DNA from: Nitrospirota bacterium
GTDB taxonomy: Bacteria; Nitrospirota; UBA9217
Assembly: GCA_963818475.1 (NCBI GenBank)
Contig: CAWFSF010000005.1
Span: 64,001-128,000, forward strand
Direction of reading: 5' to 3'
Length of the DNA stretch: 64,000 nucleotides
This document shows, piece after piece, positions 19,689-32,089 of the stretch (within the stretch, counting starts at the first letter, position 1; every line of letters starts with the position of its first letter). The position numbers and the translations under genes are program-made. The notes under the pieces are model-generated. The model ran no database searches and was not told where the DNA came from. It saw nothing but the letters and a program-made list of their open reading frames with translations.

Positions 19689-20187
19689 TTATCCTTGCGT
19701 GTGTTCCGCATCCTGCACCAGGGCCAGTTCGTCGGTCGAGAAGATCTTGTCGATGTCGAGAATGATGATGAACTTGTCTGTCCCGCTTGCCCATCCCCTT
19801 GATGAACTCGGTGTTCAGCCTCGTCCCGATCTGCGGCGCCGGTTCGATGTGCTCCGGCTCCAGGTCGAGCACTTCCTGCACCGAATCGGCCAGCGCGCCC
19901 AGGATCGTCGTCTCGTTGTCCACGGTCACTTCCACGATGATGATGCAGGTGTTCACCGTCTTTTCCGTCTTGCGTCATGCCGAACTTGAGCCGGAGGTCG
20001 ACCACCGGCACCACGCTTCCCCGCAGGTTGATGACTCCGCGCATGAACTCCGGCGTCCGCGGCACCTTCGTGATCGACGTAAAGTCGAGCACTTCGCGCA
20101 CCTTGCGCGATGTCGAGCGCAAAGACCTCGTCGTCGAGCTTGAAGGTCAGATACTGTGTTGTTTCCATGATTTCCGCTGCGGCTCAT
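19689..20187 (-). CDS. cheW: Chemotaxis adaptor CheW (several frameshifts)
   Basis: METTQYLTFKL / KVREVLDFTSITKVPRTPEFMRGVINLRG / NTCIIIVEV...ADSVQEV spread over three frames. Confidence 0.85.
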
Positions 20188-20203
20188 AGGTGCCTCCTGT
20201 TAT

Positions 20204-20293
20204 CGAATGCGAAGTGCGGAATCCGGAATGAAATCAGCGAGCAGATCACGCTCCTGCCTCTTCATTCCGAATTCCGAATTCGCCATTCCGCAT
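20204..20293. repeat. Inverted heptamer (ATTCCGM) repeat element
   Basis: cgaatgcgaagtgcggaatccggaatg facing cattccgaattccgaattcgccattccgcat. Confidence 0.7.
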
Positions 20294-20296
20294 TTA

Positions 20297-22009
20297 TTAG
20301 ATATTTCTCGAACTCCGCTGTCCTGGCGATCGCCGTTGCCCATGGCCGTCATGGCCCATGTTGAGCGCAACGCCTGCGGGCATTGTGCAGCCGGGCCTTT
20401 TGCCGATGGGCGATCTGGGCCATGATGTGCCTTGTGTGAAGCCGGCATATGCCTGGCGCCGGCAAGCGCGCCGCGCGCTCCCCTGTTCCACATTGTCCAC
20501 CTTGAAGAACGCGATGGTGCCCTGGAGCTGCTCGGCCTGGGACGAGAGTTCTTCGGCCGTGGACGCCATCTCCTCGGCAGCGCCCGCGTTCTGCTGGATC
20601 ACCTGGTTCAGCTGCTGGATGGCGCTGTTGATCTGGTCCGCGCCGCGTGGTCTGCTCCTTGGACGCCGCGCTGATCTCCTGCACCAGCTCCGCCGTCTTC
20701 TGGATGTCCGGCACCAGCTTGGCCAGCATCTCGCCGGCCTTCTCCGCCACCTCGACGCTCGAGGTCGACAGCTGGCTGATCTCGCCTGCCGCGGTCTGGC
20801 TGCGCTCGGCCAGCTTCCTCACTTCCGCGGCCACGACGGCGAAGCCCTTGCCGTGCTCGCCGGCCCGCGCGGCCTCGATGGCCGCGTTCAGGGCCAGCAG
20901 GTTGGTCTGGCGCGCGATCTCCTCGATGATCGAGATCTTCGCCGCGATCTCCTTCATGGCGCGCCACGGTCTCGGACACGGCCTTGCCGCTCTCCTTGGC
21001 GTCGGCGGCCGACTTGAGCGCGATCTTCTCGGTCTGCTGGGCGTTGTCCGCGTTCTGCTTGATCGTGGCGTTCATCTCTTCAACCGACGACGAGGCCTCT
21101 TCCGCCGAGGCCGCCTGCTCGGTCGTGCCCTGGGACATCTGCTCGGACGCCGGCCGAGAGCTGCTGGCTGCCCGAGGCCACGTTGTCCGCCGCGGTCTTG
21201 ACGTCGCCGACCACGGTCTTGAGCTTCTCGACCATGTTCTTCATGGCGCCGAGCAGCTGGCCCAGCTCGTCCGTCGCTCTTGACCTCGATATTCAACGTC
21301 AGGTCACCCTCTGCAAGACGGCCGGAGACGCCCACCGCCTCGTTCACCGGGTTCGGTGATGCTGCGGCGTGATAATGAGGGTGATGACGATGCTCACGAT
21401 GATCGCGATCAGCGCGAGGGTGAACATGATAATATTGGTGCTGTTTTGTGAGGTCCGTGAAATAGACCTTCCATGGCGTCCATGCGCTTGTTGGACTCTC
21501 GCGCAAGTTCCTTGGCAGTCGCTTCGATCTTATGGGTCGAATCCTTGTACTCGTCGATGGCGGCATTGGCCTGCTGGGGCGTTGTGATCGATCCGGCCTG
21601 GATCATGCCGTAGACCTTCTTGAAGCCGCCGTCGTAAGCGGCCAGCTCGGTCTTCATGGTCTTTACTTCTTCCTTTTCAGCATCGAGGTATACGACTTTT
21701 TCAAGATCATTGAGCCGCGCGGTCAGCGCCTCATGTTGCTCCTTCCACTTGTCCATATACTTCATTTCTTTTTCCTTGTCCCCGATGTTCAGGAACAGGT
21801 CCTTTTCGTACCGCCGGAGCGCGTGCACATTGGCCCGCGCCCGGGCAGCATGCTCGGAAATGGTCGCGTCGCCCTGCAGCATCTTGATCGTTGCTGTGGA
21901 CATGGCATTGGTGCCCCAGTAGCCCGGACACCGCGATACCGATAAGAATAAGCAACACAATTCCAAAACCCAAAGCCAACCGCATCCCGATCTTCATGTT
22001 CTTCAGCAT
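20297..22009 (-). CDS. Methyl-accepting chemotaxis protein with four-helix-bundle sensor (many frameshifts)
   Basis: [25 protein letters not shown], and signalling-domain fragments near-identical to 16990..18733. Confidence 0.85.
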
Positions 22010-22091
22010 TACTTCTCTCCTTTACTTGATGTAATGTCGTTAAACAATAAAATGCAGGTAAGCAGCGCTCGCCTGCCGCTATCTGCTGTCC

Positions 22092-24291
22092 TTATTGATC
22101 GAACGTCCCCATGCCGCCTGCCGAAGTAAAGGAGAGCTCGTCTGCTTCCGCGATCTGCACCAGTTTCGGCACGTCCAGGACCAGCGCCACCGTGCCGTCT
22201 CCCAGGATGGTGGCGCCCGATAGCCCCTCCACATCGCGGTAGTAGGTGCCGAGGTTCTTGATGACCGTCTGGTGGCCGCCCACAATATGATCGACGACAA
22301 AACCGACCCGTTTCTGCTCGATGCCGCACGATCACGATCTGTTCGATGGCCGGCCCGGCGCCGGCGATGCTGAACTGTTCCCGCAGCCGGACATAGGGAA
22401 CGATGTGCCCCCGCACGTTATCAGGTGTTTGTTATTGCCTGTTGCGGAAGCTGCCGCCGATCAGCTCCACGCATTCATCGACCAGCGAAAGGGGGAAGAT
22501 GAAGTGCTCATCGCCGATCTTCGTGAGGAACCCGTCGATGATGGCCAGGGTCAGCGGCAACCGGAGCGTGATCACGGTCCCTGTTCCCTTGTCGCTGTTG
22601 ATCTCGATCGTTCCACGGAGGGCGTCAATGGCCCGCTTCACCACGTCGAGCCCCACGCCGCGGCCCGAAACGCTCGTAACCGTCTTTGCCGTCGAAAAGC
22701 CGGGCAGCAGGACCAGCCCGAGGACCTCCTTGTCGGTCAGGTCCGCGTCATCCCTGATCATTCCCCGCTCAACGGCCTTGGCGCGAACCGCGTCGCGGTC
22801 GAGGCCGGCGCCGTCGTCCCTGATCTCGATCAGGACATGGGCGCCGGAGTGCACGGCGGAGAGGCTGATGGTGCCGACCGCAGGCTTGCGGGCTGCTTTG
22901 CGGACCTCGGGAGATTCGATGCCATGGTCGATGCTGTTCCTGATCAGATGGACCAGCGGGTCGCCGAGCTTTTCGATCACGGTCTTGTCCAGTTCGGTCT
23001 CGGCGCCTTCGGTGACGAGCTCCACTTCCTTTCCCAGTTCCTTGCCCAGGTCGCGGACCAGCCTTCTGAACCTGCTGAAGGTGGTGCCGATGGGCAGCAT
23101 GCGGATGCTCATGGTCCGGTCGCGCAGGTCGGCGGTCAGCCGCTCCACCTCTTCGGCAATGGAGAGCAGCGCGGGATCGTTGCGGGTGGCAGCCGTCTGG
23201 CTCAGGCGGGCCTGGACCGTGACGAGTTCTCCCACCAGGTCGACGAGGCCGTCCAGCTTGTCCGTCGAGACCCGGATGCTCGAAGCAATTTCCGCGGTCT
23301 GGCGCCGCTCCCGCATTTCACGCACATGTTCCTGCTCGGCAAGGGCCGACTCCACCGTATCACCGCTGACGAGGCCGGTCTCGACCAGCACTTCGCCGAC
23401 CCGCTTTTTCGACTTCAGCGCCAGGTGAAGGTCCTCGGAACTGATATCGCCGCGCTCAAGCAGAATTTCTCCGAGCGTTTTGTAGGCTGCTTCATCGTAT
23501 GCAAGGCACCCTTCCTCATCAATGATGGTGATCGTTATTTCGCTCCTGTCCTTGACAAAGATGAAGACATCCTCGATGGCGTTGATCCCCTGGGACGTGG
23601 TCAGGATCACGTCCCAGAACGTGTAGCACAGGTCGGGATTGAAATCTTCGAAATAGGGGATGGCGTCGGTCCGGGCCACTACCCTGCCGTCGCCGAGGCC
23701 GATCAGCTCCTTCAGCAGATCAAGGGGATTCGTCCCTTCGGCGAGGATGCCAGGCGAGGGCCGGAACTGGATCCGGTAGGTCACCTGGTTCCCCGGGACC
23801 GGCGCTGCGCCTTCAGCCTGTTGTTTGGGAGTGCATGCAGGCGCGGTACCCCGCGAAGCAGCCAGGCCTGCGGGAATAAGCCTTTTAAACTGTGACAGGA
23901 TATCCGCCGTCATACCGGGAGCGATGGAGCCGCCGCAGTAGTATGCGTCGAACATCTCTTTGATCTGATCGCGGGCCCGCAGGGTGAGATCGATGATCTC
24001 CTTGGTCACGTCGATCTTCCCCTTGCGCACGAGGTCGAAAAAACTCTCGATTTCATGGGTAAAGGCCGAAACCTCGGTGAATTCGCAGGCCCCGCCCGAG
24101 CCCTTGATCGTATGCATGACCCGGAACACCCGGCCGATATGCTCCTCGTCCCCCGGGACGTCCTCAAGCTCCAGCAGCGAGGCTTCAAGCTCGGCAAGAA
24201 GTTCCTGCGCTTCTTCCCTGAAGGATTCACGGAGTTTGGCGACGATCTGCTCGGTTGACTCTTCGTCGATCGGTTCCCTGTCGTCGCTCAT
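22092..24291 (-). CDS. cheA: Chemotaxis histidine kinase CheA (frameshifts in C-terminal CheW domain)
   Basis: FRVMHTIKG (HPt), HLIRNSIDHG, DDGAG, SGRGVGLDVV, GATILGDG. Confidence 0.95.
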
Positions 24292-24645
24292 GACGCCCTC
24301 CTGTCATACTGCTCTGTCCAGAGACAGGTCCTGTCCTTGTCGAGGCGGCATCCGACCTGACGCAGATAGCCGGCTGATGCGGCAACCCGGTTCAAGATGT
24401 CCGGACGCGGTCCTGTGAAGGTGAAGTGCTTGTCCAGCCTCCCTGCGGAGCGATGGGCCGAGCAGAGGAGTTGAAGACAAGCCAGGTCCGTTTTCGTAAT
24501 GTTCTGGAGGTCCAGTGCGACCTCGTCGGAGTTGATCAGTGCCTTGATCAAGGACTGTCCGCACATCATGCATTTGATGCTCGGTCAGCTCGCCGTCGCA
24601 GGTTATGACACATTTTCTGTCTGACTGATCGATATGAATACCCAT
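24288..24645 (-). CDS. STAS domain protein (frameshift near 24570)
   Basis: MGIHIDQ..CDGELT joined to LDLQNITKTDLACLQLLCSAHRS; stop overlaps the cheA start. Confidence 0.8.
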
Positions 24646-24810
24646 AAACGTTGCCCGCCTTATCTGCAAACCAATCGCGTTAATGCGTCCTTGAATGAAG
24701 GGTTCGACTGACTGCATTAGAAATTGAACGATCTTTTTACGCCGGTTATCTTTTCAGAGACTTATTTTAGCAGATAATCACAAATTATAGCTATCCGCCT
24801 TGCATTATTT

Positions 24811-24826
24811 AGCAATATTTGTACCA
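24811..24826 (-). promoter_or_regulatory. sigma54 -24/-12 promoter of the chemosensory operon
   Basis: Minus strand TGGTAC-aaata-TTGCT about 165 nt upstream of the STAS start. Confidence 0.7.
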
Positions 24827-25057
24827 TCAGTTGCTTTTTTTTAATAGTCGTCTTAAATCAAATAGTTAGCTGTTATAAAATCAAAGAAACTGTCCGGAAA
24901 CACTACGGTATTAATAGATCGATAGCCATAATTTGGCAGAAGGGCGCCATCGTGGAGCCAGGGTACGAACAAATGTCACTGCGACCCTCTGCTCCCTTAG
25001 AGAACCACTTGTTTACGCAACGCAACGAAACATGAAAGGAAGGCTTTCGAGGACAAC

Positions 25058-25086
25058 AAAAAAGCCCCGGAAGGTTCCGGGGCTTG
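25058..25086 (-). terminator. Rho-independent terminator after csp
   Basis: aagccccggaa/ttccggggctt stem followed by a T-run on the minus strand. Confidence 0.85.
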
Positions 25087-25123
25087 GATAAGGTATATGC
25101 AATGGTACTGTTTAGGAAATGGC

Positions 25124-25324
25124 CTAGGCCTTCATAACGTTGGCGGCCTGAAGTCCCTTGGGGCCCTTCACGACCTCGAAGGTGACCTTGTCGCCTTCAT
25201 TCAACGACTTGAAGCCATCGCCTGCGATTGCCGAAAAATGTACGAATACGTCCTCACCATTTTCCTGCGTGATGAAACCAAACCCCTTGCTGTTGTTGAA
25301 CCACTTGACAACTCCATTTGCCAT
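25124..25324 (-). CDS. Cold-shock protein (CspA family)
   Basis: [33 protein letters not shown]. Confidence 0.97.
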   Translation of the reverse strand: MANGVVKWFNNSKGFGFITQENGEDVFVHFSAIAGDGFKSLNEGDKVTFEVVKGPKGLQAANVMKA

Positions 25325-25471
25325 GTTTACCATCTCCTATGCATCTTTGATTGAATTCTACCCGGGAATACTCCACGGATGCTAGAAGCATACCGTTTTC
25401 CGGGTACCGTGTCAAGCTGATATTTACGTTTTTAGGCGCCGCGCCGGGAGCGGCGCTCCGGGCTTCCGGCA

Positions 25472-28400
25472 TCATGATCGCTGCCCGCAGGACCGCGCCT
25501 GGTGCATGAACGCTTCAAGCCGCGTAAGTGTATGGGAATCCTGCTGCCCTTCGTAGGCGATGTTCAGCATTGGCAGGAACGGATGGTCTTCCCGCACACG
25601 CTTCAGCACGGCCGAGGTGATCGTCCCGGGCATGCAGGAAAGCGGCATCACGTTCACGATGCCGGAGACGCCTTGATTGATAAAGTCAATGGCCTTGCCC
25701 ACGGACAGGACAGCCTCCCCCTCGAAAGAGTCATGGAGGTAAGGCCGCGCCAGCTGCAGGGTCCGCGCTATGGACGGTTCATGGAGACTTCTGAATGCGC
25801 CGTTGAATTTTCCCAGGAACTGCGACTCGTCGCGCTGCTGCACCCAGGCGGTCAGATGCGCGGTGAGCAGCGCTTTCCAGGACCGGTTCATGCGCGCCGA
25901 CGTCTTGGAGGTTTCCGTAAGATAGAGCAGCCACTCCGAGATGGGAGCGACCCAGGCTTCGCCTCCCAGAGCCTCGATCTGCCGGACCAGCCCTTCGTTG
26001 CTGTAACGGTTCGAGCGGATATAGATCTCGCCCACCACACCGATCACCGGCCTGCTGCGCGGCGCTACGGCGATCTGCATGAACGCGGCATAGGCCTGCT
26101 CCAGCACGGTGGACAGCGCGGACCGGTTCTCTATGGCTCGGACGAGCGAATCCAGCGACGCGCCGTAGATGCGGTCCGTCTGGCCCTGCTGCAGTTCATA
26201 GGGCCTGATCTCGCGCAGCATCTTCTCCAGCAGATCGACGGCAAGCGTCCCCTGCCAGCACATGCGCACAAAGTTCCGGTCCAGCACGCGCACGTCGCGG
26301 TGCAGGGTCTCATCCTGCATGGGCGCAAAGATGGGCACGTGCTCCAGACCCATGCTGTCCAGCACCTGCCGGTGGTATTGCCGGTACTGGCCGAAGCGGC
26401 ACGGGCCTTTGCCTCCCGGCATGAAAAAGGCGCTCCTGCCAGGGTCGAAATCCTTTTTTTGCGTGGCCTTCACCATATCACCGACCGTGAGCATGAGCGG
26501 GTAGCACTCTCTGCCGGAGCTGTGCTCCCTGCCGATGCGACGGGTCTCACTGTCCGATTCAGGCAGCACGACTGCATCGACATCGCAGGCCCGGAACGCC
26601 GCGGCAAGCGCATGGGCATGGTCTGCCATGGCCGGCACATAGACGGTCCGGTTCTCCAGCGACCCGTCCTCTTCGCTGCGCGGAGCAGGCTTCGGTGCGC
26701 TGGCGCTCTGGCCCAGGCTGTCCAGGAAAGCCTCGATCCTCGTGATCGCGCCGGCGTCAGCGCTGTGTTCGTCGATCTCGAGCTGCAGGAACGGCTTGGA
26801 GCCCATCTCCTCGCGGAAAAAATGCGTGATGAACGAATCGGGTCCGCACCCGAAATTGGTGATGTAGACCGGATAGAGGTTCGGATGGTCCTTGATGAAC
26901 CTGGCTGCTGCCAGGATCCGCTGTCCCGACCGCCAGTACATGGACTCCCAGCCCGCCAGGTCGACCTCGTTCAGCGGCAGCAGGTCCATGGGGATGGCGC
27001 GGATGCCGAGATCGCGGATCTTTGCGGGCAGGTTCATGTTCAGCCCGGCGTCACAGGTATTATAGGAGCGCCCGATGAGGACAAAGGCCTTTTCGTCGGG
27101 AGCGAGCGTCGACAGAACCTGTTTGCTCCGTTCCGCAAGCGCGCTCACAAAAACCTGCTGGGCATCTTCCGCCTGCTGCTGCGCCCGTTTGACCCGTGCG
27201 GACGATCTGCCCAGGGCAGCGCCAACGGCTTTGAGGCTCCTGTCCCGGTGGCGACGGTCCTGCAGATGCAGCACCGGTTCGATCGTCCTGACATTCTTGA
27301 GCTGCAGTGTGGCCCGGGCGACATAGGGCAGGGACTGCACATAGGGACAGGCCTGCGTTCCGGAGTCCGCGCCCTCGGCCAGAGCAGGCAGCCTGACAAA
27401 GCTCGGCAGGAACAGGATGTCGACGTTCTGGTCAAGAAGATTCTGGATATGGCCCAGCGCAACGCGTGCCGGGAAACAGGTCTCGGCAACTGCGGCTTCG
27501 AGCCCCTTGTTGATGAGCGTCCGGTTCGTGCGGTCCGACAGTACGACCCGGTAGCCCAGGGAGGTGAAGAATGCCTGCCAAAAGGGCAGATAGTCGAGCA
27601 GGAACAGCGCGCGCGGGATGCCGATGGTCGGCGCTGCGGGATCAGCCGTCGCTCCTGCAGCCGTAATCAGACGCTCCCGCTCAACGAACAGGTCTTGCTG
27701 GCCGGCGTTGTCCGCGGTTTTTCTTTTCACGTCATACTTCTCGCACCGGCTGCCGTAGAACAACGGTGGTTCATTGTCGAAACTGACCCGCTGGATCGAG
27801 CAGCGGTTCGCACATTCGACGCATTCGAAGGTCGTGACCGCGTAGGGCCTGCTGCTCAGATCGAAGCCTTTAAACGAGCTTGATCCGCCGTTCCGTCCCT
27901 GCCGGGCCAGAAGCGCAGCGCCGATCGCACCCGTGACCTCGTGGTGGGGTGGCACCGACACGGTCTTGCCCGTTATGATCTCGAAGGCCGACACCACGGC
28001 CTTGTTCGAGGCAACGCCGCCCTGGAAGAAGATGCGGCTGCCCACCTTTTTACCGGCCACCACCTTGTTCAGATAATTATAGGCAATGGAGTAGGCCAGC
28101 CCGGCGGTCAGTTCTTCCACGCTTGAGCCGGTATTCATGGAATGCACCAGGTCCGATTCCATGAACACGGTGCAGCGTTCGCCCAGGCCGCAGGGCGTTG
28201 CCGCCTGAAAGGCGCGGTCCTCGAATTCTTTCCGGATGCTGATCCCGAGCCGCTCGGCCTGTTCTTCGAGGAACGAACCCGTGCCCGCTGCGCAGGCCTT
28301 GTTCATTTCGAAATCAACGACCGCCCCGTTCTGCAGGCTGATGTATTTCGAGTCCTGCCCGCCGATCTCGAAAATGGTGTCCACCGACGGATCGATCGCT

Positions 28401-29634
28401 GCCGCTGCCGTCGCCTGCGCCGTGATCTCATTTCTGATCACATCTGCACCGATCATGTCGCCCGTAAGGTACCGGCCGGAGCCCGTGGTCCCTGCCCCGC
28501 GGATGGAGACCCGATGGCCGATCTCCGCCCCAACCTCGGCGAGGCCCTGTTGCACGGCCTCGATGGGCCTGCCCGCTGTGGGCAGATACCGCTTCGCCAG
28601 CACGCGGCCTTGGGCATCGATCACGACAACATTGGTCGAAACGGACCCGACATCAACACCGAGGTAGGCTTCGACCGGCCCATCCGTGCCAACGGGCCCG
28701 TCATGGTCCGGTACCCGCGTGAACTGGGCAGGCATGCAAAGCGGACTCGCGCCAACAGGCTTCCCCTCACGACCTGATGCCGGACGAGCTGCAAGCAGGG
28801 CCGTCCCCACGTAGCGGACAGATCCGTCACGTTGCTCCCGGGCGATGAGCGCCGCGCCGATGGCGCCCGATGTCGCAAAATGCTCTGGCACGACCAGTTC
28901 CGATGCGTCCAGGCGCAGCACTTCCTGCAATGCCCGGCGCATGCCGAAGTTGGCGGCCACGCCGCCGAGAAAAAGGGCCGGGGTGACGATCTTCTTGCCT
29001 CTGCCGACCGTTGCCTTGAAATTCCTGACCATGGCAAAGCAGAGCCCCGCCACGATATCATGATCGGGCGTGGCGATCTGCTGCAAATGGATCATGTCGC
29101 TCTTGGCAAAAACGCTGCAGCGGCCGGCCACCCGGGGCGGTTTCGCTGACTTGAGCGCAAGGCGGCCGAAGGCTTCGATCGTAAGGTGCAGCCGCGACGC
29201 CTGCTGGTCGAGGAAGGAGCCGGTGCCCGCGGCGCAGACCGTGTTCATGGAGAAATCCTCGATCTCACCGCGCCGCCCGTTGCGTCGTGCCCAAGCATGA
29301 TAAGCTTGGCGTCCTCACCGCCCATCTCGATGATGCTCGCCGTTTCAGGGTGGAACCGGCCGGCAAAGCGCGCCTGCGCAAGGATCTCGTTGACGAACCG
29401 GGCGCCGATGAGTTCCGCAGCCTGTTTGCCGCCGCTGCCGGTGATGCCCGCCGTCCTGACCGCGGTCAGGGAAAACCGCGATGACAATGAAGCGAGCTCC
29501 TGTTCAAGGGAGCTGAGCGGGTCCCCCTTGATGCGCGTGTAGGTCTCGGCAAGCAGGCCGGCATGAGCGTCAATGAGCGCGGTCTTGATGCTGACCGACC
29601 CGATGTCAATGCCGAGAAAAAGATCGTTGTCCAT
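25472..29634 (-). CDS. Acyl-CoA dehydratase activase fusion (two BadF/BcrAD ATPase domains + DUF2229 + dehydratase-like), frameshift near 29270
   Basis: GIDIGSVS / GVDVGSVS, EIGGQDSK, MNxxCAAGTGSFL twice, ETCFP, FGCGPD, GPCRFGQY, PLSCMP. Confidence 0.9.
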
Positions 29635-29893
29635 GAATAGTGCCTCGTTCGGAAAGCAGGTGTACACGTCCCGGATCAAACGTGTCCGGAACCCGCGTGA
29701 ACCTGCGGAAAATTATCATATAAAGTTAATAAAGTTATTATAAGGAGAACAGCAACCCGAGTCAACTGCACAGGGATTTTCCGGGAGGCAAGCCGTCGCC
29801 GATCACTTAGTAAAAATACTTGTAAGCAATAATAAAAAATGTTATATAATGCACTATCGTCACCAGTAAAATTCACCCTACCCAAGGAGCAGT

Positions 29894-31442
29894 ATGGCCG
29901 GCCTCTCAGGCATCGTAAAAAATCTGGCGATCCCCTGGCTTTTTCAGGACATCAAAAACGATAAAAAGACCGGTACCGCAGTCCTCGAAAAGGACGGCGC
30001 GATCAAAAAGATCTATTTCAGCAACGGCGACATCGTTTTTGCCTCGTCCAGCCTCAATGAGGACCGGCTGGCCGAGTTCCTGGTTCGTACCGGCAAGATC
30101 ACGGCAGAGCAGCGCGATACGCTTATAGAGGCGGTCAGGACGTCCGGCAAACAGGAGGGTACCGTGCTCATTGAGCGCTGCATCGTCAGGCCTGCCGACC
30201 TGGTCGACCAGGTGAACCAGCAGGTCAAGCAGATCATCCTGGACCTGTTCACCTGGCGAAACGGCACCTATCAGTTCAATGAAGGATCGCTGCCGCAGGC
30301 CGAGATCATTCCCCTCTCCATGACAACGGCAAGCGTGATCCTCGACGGCGTCGGAGCGCTGGACTGGCAGGTCATCCGAAGAGTGCTTCCCCCGCCCGAG
30401 ACCGTGCTCCGGCCGGCAGCGGTCCCGCCCCGGCTCTTCCGCGTCGCCGACCTGACCCCGGAGCAGAAGAACATCTACGCCATGATCAACGGCAGCCGCA
30501 CCATCGAGGAGCTCTGCTCCCTTTCGGTGGTCGGCGACTTCAACACCTACAAGGCGATCTACGCCCTGCTGGCAGTGCGCATGGTAGAGCCGGGAACGGC
30601 CGAGGACGCCCGCATGTCAACGCGCGATACCGGCACGGGCCGCCTCTGCGGACAGCGGGGACCCGGAGGCAGGCAAGGCAGGTCCCATTTCGCGGGATGC
30701 GATCCAGGAAGCCTATGCCGCACTGGACAAGCAGGATCATTATCAGATCCTCGGCGTCGACAAAACGATCACCCCGGCCGAACTGAAAAAAGTATATTTC
30801 CGGCTGGCCAAGCGCTACCACCCTGACAGTTACATCGAGCCGGACATGGCCGACATGAAAGCCAGACTCGAAACGCTTTTCACCAAGGTCAACCATGCAT
30901 ACGAGACGCTCAGCAATGATTTCAAACGCAATGAGTACGACCGCATGCAGGTGCAGGGAACAAAAAAGTCGCCCGAAGTGGTCAAGGCCCGGAGCGAGAA
31001 GCTGGAAAAAAGGGCGACGGCGGCAAAACAATTTGAGACCGGCATGTCCGCCTTCAAGGTAGGCAATTTCTGGGGCGCTGAGGAATCCTTCAAGTGGGCC
31101 TGCCAGTTCGACCCGGAGAACAGCAAATACTTTCACTTTCGCGGTATTTCGCTGTCACGCATTCCCCGGAGAAGCCACGAAGCCGAGGAGCACTTGCGTA
31201 AGGCGATCGAGCTTGATCCGGAGATCAGCAGCTACCATCTGGAACTGGGGAACCTCTACCTGAAGGGCGGGCTCAAAACCCGGGCTCTGCAGCTTTTCAA
31301 CGAGGCGCTCGAATTGGACCCCGCATCGGATGCTGCCCGAAAAGCCGTTGAGGCCGCCGGCGGAACAACTGCGCCGAATGCAGAGCCCACGGACCAGAGC
31401 GGTGTGTTCAAAAAAATATTCAAGGACGGCAAGAAGCCCTGA
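29894..31442 (+). CDS. DUF4388 + DnaJ + TPR protein (frameshift near 30640)
   Basis: KTGTAVL...IYFSNGDIVFASS (DUF4388); HYQILGV...YFRLAKRYHPD (J domain, shifted frame); TPR repeats. Confidence 0.85.
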
Positions 31443-31447
31443 CCTTG

Positions 31448-32089
31448 TTATAGCCCTGCATGCAGTTTCAGAAGTTCGCCGATCAGATGATCAGCTTCGT
31501 GAGACTTCCCCTTCCGCAACAGATCGAGCACACCTGAACCGATGATCGCTTCAAGGACCTCCCGCCTGATCTTTTCGCTCCCGACCTTCTCCTGAAGACG
31601 CTTTCGCACAGCAGCCAGCCTCGTCAGCAACAACCCGTACTCAGGCCCGTACTGCTCCTCCAGTTCCTGCCGGATGCTCCTCGACAGCGCCGGACTCGCC
31701 CCGCTCGTTGATACGGCGATCACCAGGTCCCCGCGCTCCACCACCGACGGCACGATGAAGCTGCTCTCTTCGGGCGGCGCGGTAACATTCACGAGGATCC
31801 CTTTTTTTCGGCAAAGCTGCGCTACGGCACGATTGACGGTGAGGTCGTTGGTTGCGGCAATAACGAGGTGGGCGCCGGTAAGATGGGATTCCTGGAACAA
31901 GGCCGGGACCTGAAGGACCTTTCCGGATGCGGCAAGATCAGCCAGCGTTGGCGTAAGCGAAGGGCTCACGACCGTCACCCCGGCGCCCGCTTCAAGAAGG
32001 GAGAGCGTCTTGCGCTCAGCGACCTGGCCGCCACCAACGACCACGCAGCGCCGATCACGGAGGTCGAGGTTCACGGGATAGTATCTCAT
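31448..32089 (-). CDS. Precorrin-2 dehydrogenase / sirohydrochlorin ferrochelatase (SirC/CysG N-terminal)
   Basis: YYPVNLDL, VVGGGQVAERK, AVSTSGASP. Confidence 0.93.
   Translation of the reverse strand: MRYYPVNLDLRDRRCVVVGGGQVAERKTLSLLEAGAGVTVVSPSLTPTLADLAASGKVLQVPALFQESHLTGAHLVIAATNDLTVNRAVAQLCRKKGILVNVTAPPEESSFIVPSVVERGDLVIAVSTSGASPALSRSIRQELEEQYGPEYGLLLTRLAAVRKRLQEKVGSEKIRREVLEAIIGSGVLDLLRKGKSHEADHLIGELLKLHAGL

Noticed and set aside
22321-27883. Long plus-strand ORFs (22321..23895, 25502..27883, also 18781..19989 and 49894..51084)
   Set aside because: Antisense shadows of well-supported high-GC minus-strand genes, with no recognisable motifs.
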